Source of the DNA: Phormidium sp. | GTDB taxonomy: Bacteria > Cyanobacteriota > Cyanobacteriia > Cyanobacteriales > Aerosakkonemataceae | Assembly: GCA_051013385.1 (NCBI GenBank) | Contig: CP143273.1 | Span: 192,001-256,000, forward strand | Length of the DNA: 64,000 bases | Reading direction: 5' to 3' | In this document: positions 28,973 to 38,265 of the stretch, piece after piece | How the letters are laid out: each line of letters starts with the position of its first letter | Numbering within the stretch: the stretch's first letter is position 1 | Notes under the pieces: model-generated | Database searches by the model: none | What the model saw: only the letters and a program-made list of their open reading frames with translations | What the model was told of the DNA's origin: nothing | Program-made: the position numbers and the translations under genes

Positions 28973-29506
28973 TTATTCGGGATAAATTATTTTGTGAGCT
29001 AGTTTTTCAAAGATGAGATCGACATCTTTACCTGTTTTTGCGGAAGTGGCATAAGTAGATAAGACTCGCACCTGTTCGCTAAAGTCATAAGTAGTAAGTA
29101 ATTTCTCCATTTTCTCCTCATCCAATAGGTCTGATTTATTAAAAGCAATGATAATAAATCCTTTCGGGTTTATTGACAAAAATAGATTTAAATGTTCCGT
29201 TAACCGATCGACTGTTTCTTGGCGGGTAACATCTGCAACTAAAATTGCGCCGCTAGCTCCTTGTAAATAGGATGGTGCGATCGCTTTAAATTTAGTATGA
29301 CCTTCTAAATCCCAAATCATCAATTGTAAATTTTCCACTTTCTGTTCTGGACTTTTGGCTAATTCAATAGTTTTCCGAGAAATTTTCACCCCCACAGTTG
29401 AAAGATATTGATCGCTAAATTCCCGTTCGACAAACCGCCGAATCAAGCTGGTTTTTCCAACCCCAAAATCACCCACTAAACAAATTTTCTTCGAGATGGT
29501 AGACAT
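28973..29506 (-). CDS. Ras/Rab-like small GTPase
   Basis: G1 GDFGVGKTS, G2 YLSTVG, G3 WDLEG, G4 NKSD, G5 TSAK. Confidence 0.92.
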   Translation of the reverse strand: MSTISKKICLVGDFGVGKTSLIRRFVEREFSDQYLSTVGVKISRKTIELAKSPEQKVENLQLMIWDLEGHTKFKAIAPSYLQGASGAILVADVTRQETVDRLTEHLNLFLSINPKGFIIIAFNKSDLLDEEKMEKLLTTYDFSEQVRVLSTYATSAKTGKDVDLIFEKLAHKIIYPE

Positions 29507-29508
29507 AG

Positions 29509-32145
29509 TTATTTACTGATTTGCTGCGACACCACTGGTTGAAATTCAACACATCTAGCTAACCACAATGGTTTTTGAGAGTCTACCCCCAAAGGAGGTG
29601 TTGGTGCTCCTAGAGCTTGCAATCTTCTTGGCTCTATTCCTTGAATAATTAAAGCATTTTTAACTGTTTCCGCACGGGTTTGTGCTAACTTAAGGTTGGT
29701 ATCGGGAGAACCAATAGGATCGCTATAACCCATGATTCTCAAAAACAAGTTTGGATATTGATTCAAATATGCTTTGATTTGCAAAAGTTTGTTTTTATTT
29801 TCTGCTTTTAACTCTGCCGATCCTGAATCAAAATAGATGCGGGTTGCGATCGCTTGCGGTTGAACTTGCACCGTATTAGTAACAGTTTTTACCCCCGGAA
29901 TTTGCTTGAATGCTTGAGTAATTTTTTCCCCATCTTCAATTTGAGATACCGTTCCCTTAACTAGTACTTTACCATTTGAGTATAGAGAATAAACGGTTAC
30001 TCCATTGATTTTATTTAAAGTTGAAGTTACCCGTTTAATTTCCGAGGCTATTTCTACAGGATTAGGCGGTACTTCCACTGCGATAATTTGGTTTTCTAAC
30101 AACTGATTGGGGGCAATTTTTCTAGCTATTTCTTCAGCTTTGGTGCGGAGATACTGATTTGGCAAATTTCCCAAAAGCTGCAATTTCCCATCATCAACCC
30201 GCGCTTCTAAACGATAAACCGCTAATTCTGGAGTCGATGCTAAAGCTTGAACTACATCTTTTTCTATACGGCGATCTGTGCTTTCACGATATTGCCAGTA
30301 TCCCCAAGGTAAGATGATTGCACCTAACAGTAAAGAAGTAATAATTAACAGTCCAGAAGGTCGAAAAACTTGACGTTTTGCACCTGCTTCACCGATTTTA
30401 ATTAATCCTAATAAAAGTTCGTGAACTTTCTCAGGAATACTATCAGGATCTCCGGCAAAATTTTCTATTTCGTTACCAGCAACTTGCACAATATTGTAGA
30501 GAGCTTGCTGCATTCTGCGAATGTACCATTGGGGAGTTTTCCCTTGAGTTACTACTGATAAATAACAATATCCTGCTACTTCTAAAACAATTTTAGAATT
30601 GCCATAGTCGATCGCGTCAATTTCCGAAACGTCTCCCGATCGAGCAATACAATCATTCACAAAACTCCGAATCGCTGTGAGCATCCCAGCTACCATATCT
30701 GATTCTAGTCTTTCTTTGTCCTCTGGTTGAGCCTCTGCGATTAACAAACCTGAGCTTTTGTGGATTAAAAATACAGCACGAACCTTAAAAGGAATCGCTT
30801 CTTTAAGAATTAGTTCTCCTTCCGAAACCCCCTGCATTTTGGCGCGAATTTTGCGATTTATTCCTTCCAAACTAAAAGTATTCTCAATTTTTTCATTAAT
30901 CGATCGAATCGCATCCGCCATGTATTTGCTAATAGTACTACCAATCACCGGGTAGAGAGCATCTACCATTGCATCTCTTTCCAGCACTATTTGTTCTTTA
31001 ATCGCTTTCCCCATTTCTGATGCTAATGCTTTGGAAATAGCATTTTTATCTATTTTGTTTTGTTCTTTAATTGCTTCTGCTAATTCCGGCGCGATCGCTT
31101 GAGCAATTTCTTGGGGATGATTGCGAATTTGTTGCGAAATTGCTGGGGGAAGTAAAGGTGCGATCGCCGTAATTAAGGCTTCTTTATCTTCTTCTCTTTT
31201 ATTCTTAATTACCCGATCGATAATTGGGGTAAGAGCCTCAATCATCGCTTCTGGATCTAACTTAATTTGCTCCTTAATCGCCTTGGCAATTATCGGCGCA
31301 ATTGCTAAAGCTAATTCCTCCGGTTCTTGGCGAACTTCTAAAGAAATTGCTGGGGGAATAGCAGATGCAATAGCAGCCGCCATACCTTCTTTATCTTCCT
31401 GGCTTTTTGCTTTAATTAATTCATGAACGATCGGAGTTATTGTATTGATTAATGATTGTTTTGATTGCTCTGAATCATTAATCTTTCGATTAAGTAATTC
31501 AGAAATTATCGGTAAAAGTAACTTTATTAATTCGTCCGGCTGATAAATTTGATGCTCAACATTAGCCAGTTTTTGTTCAAATTTGCCAATTATAGCTTGC
31601 AATTGAGCTAACTCTGGTTCTAATAAAAGAACTTGCAACCGTTTATAAGCATCGTATAATTCTTCTACATTATCATCATAATATTCCAGCAATGAAGCCG
31701 CTGGTTTAGATAATTCTAATTCCTGCTTAATTTCTGGCTCTGAATTTAATTGCTCGGTTCGGTTTTCTGTAACTACTGAGATAGCATTTGGTAAATCTCC
31801 CTGCTTTTCTACATCTGAATTATCTATTTCTATATCCTGGGGAGCAATTTCTGATTCTCTATTTAATGTTTCGCTGCTTTCAGTTAGTAATTCTTCCTCC
31901 TTTTCTCCGTCTGAATTATCTATTTCTATATCCTGTGGGGCAATTTCTAAGCCTATATTTAACGTTTCCCTACTATCACTAATTAGCTCATTACTATACT
32001 TATCTTGTCGCATAATTTTTAAGTCAACTAATAAGTTGACTAGTTTTTCTACCTCAACTTCTGTTTCTTGGTTAAGGTGATTAGACTGATAAACAAAAGA
32101 TTCCAGCTGATTGATTTCAGCTGGATTTTTTTTAGATAAGCTCAT
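29509..32145 (-). CDS. Single-TM protein: helical repeats, roadblock/longin-like domain, BON domain(s) and OmpA-like C-terminus
   Basis: VFLIHKSSGLLI...MVAGMLTAIRSFV; TM LLIITSLLLGAIILPWGYW; IYFDSGS...GYSD..G....N..LAQTRA..V. Confidence 0.85.
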   Translation of the reverse strand: MSLSKKNPAEINQLESFVYQSNHLNQETEVEVEKLVNLLVDLKIMRQDKYSNELISDSRETLNIGLEIAPQDIEIDNSDGEKEEELLTESSETLNRESEIAPQDIEIDNSDVEKQGDLPNAISVVTENRTEQLNSEPEIKQELELSKPAASLLEYYDDNVEELYDAYKRLQVLLLEPELAQLQAIIGKFEQKLANVEHQIYQPDELIKLLLPIISELLNRKINDSEQSKQSLINTITPIVHELIKAKSQEDKEGMAAAIASAIPPAISLEVRQEPEELALAIAPIIAKAIKEQIKLDPEAMIEALTPIIDRVIKNKREEDKEALITAIAPLLPPAISQQIRNHPQEIAQAIAPELAEAIKEQNKIDKNAISKALASEMGKAIKEQIVLERDAMVDALYPVIGSTISKYMADAIRSINEKIENTFSLEGINRKIRAKMQGVSEGELILKEAIPFKVRAVFLIHKSSGLLIAEAQPEDKERLESDMVAGMLTAIRSFVNDCIARSGDVSEIDAIDYGNSKIVLEVAGYCYLSVVTQGKTPQWYIRRMQQALYNIVQVAGNEIENFAGDPDSIPEKVHELLLGLIKIGEAGAKRQVFRPSGLLIITSLLLGAIILPWGYWQYRESTDRRIEKDVVQALASTPELAVYRLEARVDDGKLQLLGNLPNQYLRTKAEEIARKIAPNQLLENQIIAVEVPPNPVEIASEIKRVTSTLNKINGVTVYSLYSNGKVLVKGTVSQIEDGEKITQAFKQIPGVKTVTNTVQVQPQAIATRIYFDSGSAELKAENKNKLLQIKAYLNQYPNLFLRIMGYSDPIGSPDTNLKLAQTRAETVKNALIIQGIEPRRLQALGAPTPPLGVDSQKPLWLARCVEFQPVVSQQISK

Positions 32146-32236
32146 AAGTCACAACCCCTGCTTTTAATTGTTAGCTACGTACCAGAAGTAGGGAGTTGAA
32201 AACTTATTTCTAAGCTTTCAACTCGTTAGTTTTAGA

Positions 32237-32854
32237 TTATTCCCATCTTTTACTTTCTTCTATAATTGGGATATCCGTGTAAACATCATCATCCACTGTT
32301 ACAGCTTGTTTTAACTGCGGCACAAATTCATTTCCTTTCAGTCGCATTCCTAATTCAAACAAAATTTCTGCTACATCATCTTTAGAGACTTTCGCATCTC
32401 TCATTGATGACAAACGCCGCTCTAATTCTTCAAAAACTTGAATCCTCAAAGTCCGAACATCTTCTTGTAATTTAGTTCTACTTTCTGTTAGTTCTTTGCG
32501 AATTGAACTACTTTGGCTGTCAAGATTTTGATCCAGTGCTTCCACAGCATTAGTAAACTTTTTATTGACTCGATCGACTTGTTGTCGTAAATCGCTAATT
32601 TCCTCTTGATAGCTTAAACTAATAGATCTGAGTTTTTTCTCTAATGAATCAAATGCTGAACGTAGTTCTGTAGATACAACTGTCTTTACCTGATCGATGC
32701 GATCGCGCATTTCTTGCTGTAACAGAGAAATGTCTGATTCTATCTTCTCGAAGCGATTATCATATTCTCGCAACTGAGGGCCAAAAATAATATCGCGGAT
32801 CTGGTCAATGTTTCCCAGTCTTTCCCGCATTTCCTCCTTGCTAATTTCTGACAT
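32237..32854 (-). CDS. Coiled-coil protein, first gene of the GTPase operon
   Basis: IDQIRDIIFG followed by heptad-rich sequence; AAGG RBS. Confidence 0.8.
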   Translation of the reverse strand: MSEISKEEMRERLGNIDQIRDIIFGPQLREYDNRFEKIESDISLLQQEMRDRIDQVKTVVSTELRSAFDSLEKKLRSISLSYQEEISDLRQQVDRVNKKFTNAVEALDQNLDSQSSSIRKELTESRTKLQEDVRTLRIQVFEELERRLSSMRDAKVSKDDVAEILFELGMRLKGNEFVPQLKQAVTVDDDVYTDIPIIEESKRWE

Positions 32855-33223
32855 AATTACACCTTTCTAGATAAAGTTAATCATTCACACCCCGGAGAAT
32901 TATATCGGTTCACGCGCTTTTTAGTAATTTAGCACTGATTCCAGAATAAATTCATCGTCAGCTGTATATTGTATCTAATTACCTTCACCTTTACTCACAT
33001 TTTAATCTACATCTTATTTTTCTTAATAATTTACTCATCAACCGATCGGCTGCAACTGCGGCTCAGCCATAGAAACACTTGCTGCTTTTGGATATTATGT
33101 GTTATTAAACACCTCTTTGTGGAGATACCGCAACTTGCTCAAATGATGATAAATTAGTATTATTCCACATTTGGTATCAAGGAATAAATTTATTAACCGC
33201 TACTTAGTATAACTCGATCAACC

Positions 33224-33586
33224 ATGCAGATTACCCAAAGCCTTCACGCAGCTATTCTCGTTGCTAACCTAGAACAATCGGAACATTTCTATGGAAAAAT
33301 CTTAGGACTATCCAAAATAGATCGATCGCTAAAATTCCCCGGCTCCTGGTATGAAATTGGTAACTTCCAAATTCACCTAATTGTGAGCGATAAAATAGTA
33401 CCTGATCTGGTCAACTCCGAAAAGTGGGGACGCAATCGCCATCTCGCTTTTTCTGTTACTGACTTAGATGCTGCAAAACAACAATTAATCGCTCATAATT
33501 GCCCTTTTCAAGTCAGTGCTTCCGGTCGTCCAGCCCTGTTCACTCAAGATCCTGATGGTAACATTATTGAGTTGAGTCAGGTTTGA
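33224..33586 (+). CDS. VOC/glyoxalase family protein
   Basis: HAAILV, HLAF, DPDGNIIEL. Confidence 0.9.
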   Translation: MQITQSLHAAILVANLEQSEHFYGKILGLSKIDRSLKFPGSWYEIGNFQIHLIVSDKIVPDLVNSEKWGRNRHLAFSVTDLDAAKQQLIAHNCPFQVSASGRPALFTQDPDGNIIELSQV

Positions 33587-33639
33587 TTAATTAACCAGTT
33601 GAAAAATTACTTTTTCCCTGATTATACCCAAATAAGCCA

Positions 33640-34935
33640 ATGGTAAAAAAGATTGCTTATATTTACAGCGATCCTCTGTGGGAAACAACAACCGAAACAT
33701 CTATTTTTCCCCCAGAAGTAGAGCAAATTTACCAAGATTTAGGAGGACGACAGCAACTCGAAAAACTTTTAACCGAAAGCCAAATTGACCCCCCAGAGAA
33801 TTTACTAATTCGCAGTTTAGCAGAGTTAGGAGATTCTGTACAGGAAGTATGCGATCGCCTGCAAGAAATCGAATCCCTTGGAATTAAATTGATTGTAGAA
33901 GAAAAAAATCCCATTTCGCAAAACAGCAAAATTGACTTACTCAAACTATTACAAGAAATTCAAAATACCCAACGCAGTCGCCGCTTAAAACAAGGACACG
34001 CTCGTAATCGTTTAAAAGCCTTACCTCCCCCAGGAAAAGCCCCTTATGGTTATCGCCGAGGTAAAGATAAATATATTATAGATAAAAGCGCTGCCCCCGT
34101 AGTCCGCTACTTTTTTGAACAATTCTTACTATTTGCTTCTTTGCGAGGGGCTGTTCGTTATTTAGCCAAGAAATATGGGAAAAAAATATCAGTATCTACC
34201 GGAAAACGTTGGTTAATTAATCCCGTTTATCGAGGCGATTTAGCTTATCAAAATAATCAAATTATTTCTGATACTCATGCTGCCATAATTTCCAGAGAAG
34301 AAGCAGCACAGATCGATCGCCTTTTACGCCGCAATCAACGAATGTCTCCCCGTACCGCTAGTGCGCCTCGTTCCTTAGCCGGATTAGTTGTTTGTGGCGA
34401 ATGTCGATCGCCCATGAATATCGCCAGAGTCACCACACCAAGAACAGACAAAGAATATCTTTATTTACGCCCCATTAACTGCTCAAAATCCCCCAAATGT
34501 CGAGCAATTTCATATCCAGAAATCTTAGATAAAACTATTCAACTTATCTGCCGAGATTTACCCCAAGCAGTAGCTCAAATGCAATTACCAGATATGGGAG
34601 AAATGAAGAAAAATTTGGGAAGTGCGATCGCGCAAAAGCAGCAAATTCTCACCCAACTACCTAACTTAATTCAACAAGGAATTTTAGACCAAGAAACATC
34701 CCAAATTCGCGCTTACAAACTCCGCACAGAAATTGCTCAACTGCAATCAAAACTAGCAGAATTACCCCCAGTAAATTTGCGCGAAACCGCCCAAGCAGTC
34801 TCTATTCCACAATTTTGGCAAGACTTATCGGAATCAGAACGCAGATTTTACTTCCGCGAATTCATCCGAGAAATTCAACTTTGGCGACAAGACGAAGACT
34901 GGCAATTACAAATCAAATTTATCTTTTTTACCTAA
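33640..34935 (+). CDS. Large serine recombinase-like protein with degenerate N-terminal domain
   Basis: APYGY, NPVYRG, H.AIIS, LAGLVVCGEC; no YxRxS motif. Confidence 0.8.
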   Translation: MVKKIAYIYSDPLWETTTETSIFPPEVEQIYQDLGGRQQLEKLLTESQIDPPENLLIRSLAELGDSVQEVCDRLQEIESLGIKLIVEEKNPISQNSKIDLLKLLQEIQNTQRSRRLKQGHARNRLKALPPPGKAPYGYRRGKDKYIIDKSAAPVVRYFFEQFLLFASLRGAVRYLAKKYGKKISVSTGKRWLINPVYRGDLAYQNNQIISDTHAAIISREEAAQIDRLLRRNQRMSPRTASAPRSLAGLVVCGECRSPMNIARVTTPRTDKEYLYLRPINCSKSPKCRAISYPEILDKTIQLICRDLPQAVAQMQLPDMGEMKKNLGSAIAQKQQILTQLPNLIQQGILDQETSQIRAYKLRTEIAQLQSKLAELPPVNLRETAQAVSIPQFWQDLSESERRFYFREFIREIQLWRQDEDWQLQIKFIFFT

Positions 34936-35033
34936 ACTTATCCTTAGCCATTTCTTAACCTAGTTTATAACAATAGATTTTGTTGGAAGCGCTACAGAGA
35001 AGAAAAGGAGGATCTGACAAGTTAAATAAGATT

Positions 35034-35166
35034 GCTATACTGAGATCTTGCACCACTCTCAACAAGACTTGAAAAACCGGGTTTCTTTAGAAAAAATCTA
35101 GACTTTCAGGTTTAGTTATTGGCAAGAAACCCGGTTTTTGGCCTTGGTGCAAGATCTGAGTATAGC
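35034..35166. mobile_element. MITE-like element
   Basis: Inverted ends GCTATACTGAGATCTTGCACCA / TGGTGCAAGATCTGAGTATAGC enclosing an AAACCGGGTTTCTT REP pair. Confidence 0.75.
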
Positions 35167-35221
35167 AAATTTAAATTAGAACATTGTAAAATTATTTAAA
35201 GTAGCGTCCTTTCTTTTCCCA

Positions 35222-35779
35222 ATGAAACTCCATCGTCACCTTTTTAGCGTCTTACTCGTTCTTTGTTTAGCCTTACTTCCTTGGTTTAACTTTATTCCCG
35301 GTGCAGATGCCCTTGGCGGAAAACTTCCTCCTTTAAATCAACCCGCACCAACATTCACATTACCCACAAACACAGGCGATGGTGAAGTATCACTCACTGA
35401 TTATCGTGGTCAATGGGTAGTACTTTATTTTTATCCTAAAGACTTTACTTCAGGTTGCACTTTAGAAGCCCGAAGATTTCAGCAAGATTTGCCAAAATAC
35501 CAACAAATAAATACGCAAATAATTGGTGTTAGCGCTGATTCTATAAATACCCATGCCGAATTTTGTGATTCAGAAGGATTAAAATTTCCCTTACTTGCTG
35601 ATACCGATGGAAAAGTTAGTAAAGGCTATGGTTCATGGTTAGGAGCACTTTCCATGCGTCACACTTTTATTATTGATCCCAATGGAGTAATTCGGGAAAT
35701 TTACACAGGAGTTAACCCATCAATTCATAGTAAAGAAGTTTTAGCACGTCTTAGTGAATTGCAGGAAGCTTCTTCTTAA
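35222..35779 (+). CDS. Peroxiredoxin (BCP/PrxQ) with signal peptide
   Basis: YFYPKDFTSGCTLEA. Confidence 0.9.
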   Translation: MKLHRHLFSVLLVLCLALLPWFNFIPGADALGGKLPPLNQPAPTFTLPTNTGDGEVSLTDYRGQWVVLYFYPKDFTSGCTLEARRFQQDLPKYQQINTQIIGVSADSINTHAEFCDSEGLKFPLLADTDGKVSKGYGSWLGALSMRHTFIIDPNGVIREIYTGVNPSIHSKEVLARLSELQEASS

Positions 35780-35855
35780 AACATTGTCTTGGTAAAAGTA
35801 GGGTGGTCAATTTCCACCTTACTTGATAACATGGTTTTTTTAGGTAAATTGGTCA

Positions 35856-36560
35856 ATGGAAATTCTGATAGTCGAAGATGAACCGGAAATAGCTAAATTA
35901 ATTCAATTAACTTTGGAAAATGAAGGGTTTTCTTGTCAACAAAGCCGCGATGGATTGAGTGCTCTGCAAACTTTTCAACAGCAGCAACCAGATTTAATTA
36001 TTTTAGATTTAATGTTACCGGGGTTAGATGGTTTAGAAGTTTGCGCCCGAATTCGCCAAAAACCAGGGCCAAAAGACCCTTATATTTTAATGTTAACTGC
36101 CAAAGGGGAAGAGATCGATCGCGTAATTGGCTTATCCACAGGCGCAGATGATTACTTAGTTAAACCCTTTAGTCCCAGAGAATTAGTTGCTAGAGTTAGA
36201 GCATTATTGCGGCGCAGTTTACGACAAGGAGGCAACAGTTTAGTCTATCGAACACCTCATTTTACTGTTGATATAGACCAGCGAATCGCCCAGCGACAAC
36301 TTCATCCTAATGAATCAGAAACTTTAGACTTAACCACCTTAGAATTTAACTTGTTAAGCACTTTTATTAGTCAACCGAATCGCGCTTGGAACCGTACCCA
36401 ACTAATAGATAAACTTTGGGGAGATGACTTTTTTGGTGATGAAAGAGTTGTAGATACTCACGTCGCCAGACTGCGAAAAAAAATTGAACCAGACCCAGCA
36501 AATCCCACCTTTATTAAAACAGTAATTGGTGTGGGTTACAAATTTGAAGACCCCGGTTAA
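35856..36560 (+). CDS. OmpR-family response regulator
   Basis: VEDE, LDLMLP, GADDYLVKPF, VDTHVARLRKK, GVGYKF. Confidence 0.95.
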   Translation: MEILIVEDEPEIAKLIQLTLENEGFSCQQSRDGLSALQTFQQQQPDLIILDLMLPGLDGLEVCARIRQKPGPKDPYILMLTAKGEEIDRVIGLSTGADDYLVKPFSPRELVARVRALLRRSLRQGGNSLVYRTPHFTVDIDQRIAQRQLHPNESETLDLTTLEFNLLSTFISQPNRAWNRTQLIDKLWGDDFFGDERVVDTHVARLRKKIEPDPANPTFIKTVIGVGYKFEDPG

Positions 36561-36564
36561 AACG

Positions 36565-36709
36565 CAGGGCTAATTCATGGTTATCAAAGAAAATTAAACG
36601 GATGGGGGGACAAGGGGACAAGGGGACAAGGGGAAAAGATGATTTTTCCTTTGTTTGCATTATCTCTCCTTCACAAATCAATTTCTATGTTTACAATGAA
36701 TTAGCCCTG
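36565..36709. mobile_element. MITE family A
   Basis: TIR CAGGGCTAATTCAT; 10-bp duplication GGTTAAAACG (36555-36564, 36710-36719); internal GGGGACAA repeats. Confidence 0.88.
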
Positions 36710-36718
36710 GGTTAAAAC

Positions 36719-36839
36719 GAGAGCATCCTGATTTTGTAAGGGCGAAGCATTCCGGCAGATAAGTTATTAGTTAAAACCAGAAATTTACTACCGGAATGCT
36801 TCGCCCCTACCAATATATTTGCCAAATTGGGATGCTCCC
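36719..36839. mobile_element. MITE family B (same ends as the CHAT insertion)
   Basis: Ends GAGAGCATCC / GGGATGCTCCC; 9-bp duplication GGTTAAAAC (36710-36718, 36840-36848); internal GGGCGAAGCATTCCGG palindrome. Confidence 0.85.
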
Positions 36840-36912
36840 GGTTAAAACTTGCTAAATTTATTTGTAGAATCAATCTAAAATCTAAAATCTAAAATCTAAA
36901 ATTTAAAATCGA

Positions 36913-38004
36913 ATGACCAAAGTTGGGTTGCGATCGCGTTTATTCCTCTCTCACCTCCTAGTAATGATGGTGGGAGTACTCAGCTTAGTAATCATTGGCA
37001 AAATCTCCTCACCCAGAATATTTATTCTTCATTTACAAGAACTAGAAGGTGACGGCTACCAAATCCGTTACGCCAGAACTCGACTAATTCAAGGATTTGA
37101 AATTGCTTGGAGTCGGAGCACTTTTTGGTCAGTTTTAGCTGGCGCTACTGCTGCGGGCGCATTAAGTTATTGGGTATCACGGCGCATAGTCCAACCATTA
37201 AATCAAATGGAAGAAATTACCCAAAAATTTGCCACAGGGCACTTAGAGGAACGAGTACCTTCCTTAGAAATTCCTGAACTTAATCAACTAGGAACTAGTT
37301 TTAATCAGATGGCTTCCAGTCTCGAAGGAGTGGAAGTACGCCGTCGAGAATTAGTCAGTGACTTATCACACGAATTACGCACACCATTAACAGTAGTTCG
37401 CGGTTATTTAGAAGAACTTGCCGATGGCACAATTGCACCATCACCAGAAATTTATCAGCAATTAGCCAGAGAAACCAAGCGCTTAGAAAGATTAGTTAAT
37501 GATTTACAGGAACTTTCCAAAGCTGAAGCCGGATACTTACCAATTAATTTACAACCTGTGAATTTGCGACCCTTATTTGAGTCATTAGTGCAAAAATTCG
37601 CAGACCAATTATTAGAATATGGCCCTGTTTTACATCTGCAATGTCCGGCACAATTACCTTTAGTATTAGCAGATATCGATCGTGTAGAACAAATCTTAGT
37701 CAACCTATTGGGAAACGCCGTTCGCTACACAAGCCAAGGTACAATTACCTTACGGGCTTGGACTGAAACTAGTAAACTTTGGATTGCCGTAATTGACACA
37801 GGACAAGGAATTTCCCCAGAAGATTTACCTCATGTATTTGAGCGTTTTTGGCGGGCCGATCGTTCCAGAGCCAGATATTCTGGAGGAACCGGAATAGGTT
37901 TAGCAATCTCTCGCCGCTTAGTAGAACTGCAACGCGGTGGAATTGAAGTAGAAAGCAAACTTGGTAAAGGTAGTACATTTCGCTTCTTTCTACCTTTAGC
38001 TTAA
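36913..38004 (+). CDS. HAMP-domain sensor histidine kinase
   Basis: Two TM helices, SHELRTPL, NLLGNA, DTGQG, GGTGIGL. Confidence 0.95.
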   Translation: MTKVGLRSRLFLSHLLVMMVGVLSLVIIGKISSPRIFILHLQELEGDGYQIRYARTRLIQGFEIAWSRSTFWSVLAGATAAGALSYWVSRRIVQPLNQMEEITQKFATGHLEERVPSLEIPELNQLGTSFNQMASSLEGVEVRRRELVSDLSHELRTPLTVVRGYLEELADGTIAPSPEIYQQLARETKRLERLVNDLQELSKAEAGYLPINLQPVNLRPLFESLVQKFADQLLEYGPVLHLQCPAQLPLVLADIDRVEQILVNLLGNAVRYTSQGTITLRAWTETSKLWIAVIDTGQGISPEDLPHVFERFWRADRSRARYSGGTGIGLAISRRLVELQRGGIEVESKLGKGSTFRFFLPLA

Positions 38005-38058
38005 GTCATAACTTTGACACAAACAAATCATCACTTTGTCACATCTAATTGTTAACTT
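38005..38058 (+). promoter_or_regulatory. Putative OmpR-family binding array plus -10 box
   Basis: GTCAT/GACAC/ATCAT/GTCAC at exact 11-bp spacing, then 10 nt and TAACTT. Confidence 0.65.
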
Positions 38059-38122
38059 AAGACTGTCAAATTCATTTTTAATTAATTCTGGCGATCGGCA
38101 TTTTTTTGATTTACTATTCAGT

Positions 38123-38212
38123 ATGATAACAACATTTTTAGCAATAATTTCCATTGCTCTTATCAGCTTATTTGGGATCTTAGCAATTTCCCTCCTATTT
38201 CCCAATCCTTAA
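38123..38212 (+). CDS. 29-aa single-TM small protein (not in the ORF track)
   Basis: MITTFLAIISIALISLFGILAISLLFPNP*, directly downstream of the putative promoter; no strong RBS. Confidence 0.55.
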   Translation: MITTFLAIISIALISLFGILAISLLFPNP

Positions 38213-38265
38213 ATATCATCAGTTCGTAGTAACAACTTCAGTCGTTACTTGACTCAATAATTGAT

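Noticed and set aside
33640..34935. Prophage or excision-element integrase
   Set aside because: No catalytic YxRxS, no att-like flanks and no interrupted host gene are visible.
37996..38205. 69-aa minus-strand ORF
   Set aside because: No recognisable features; it overlaps the plus-strand promoter array and the 29-aa ORF, which explain the region better.
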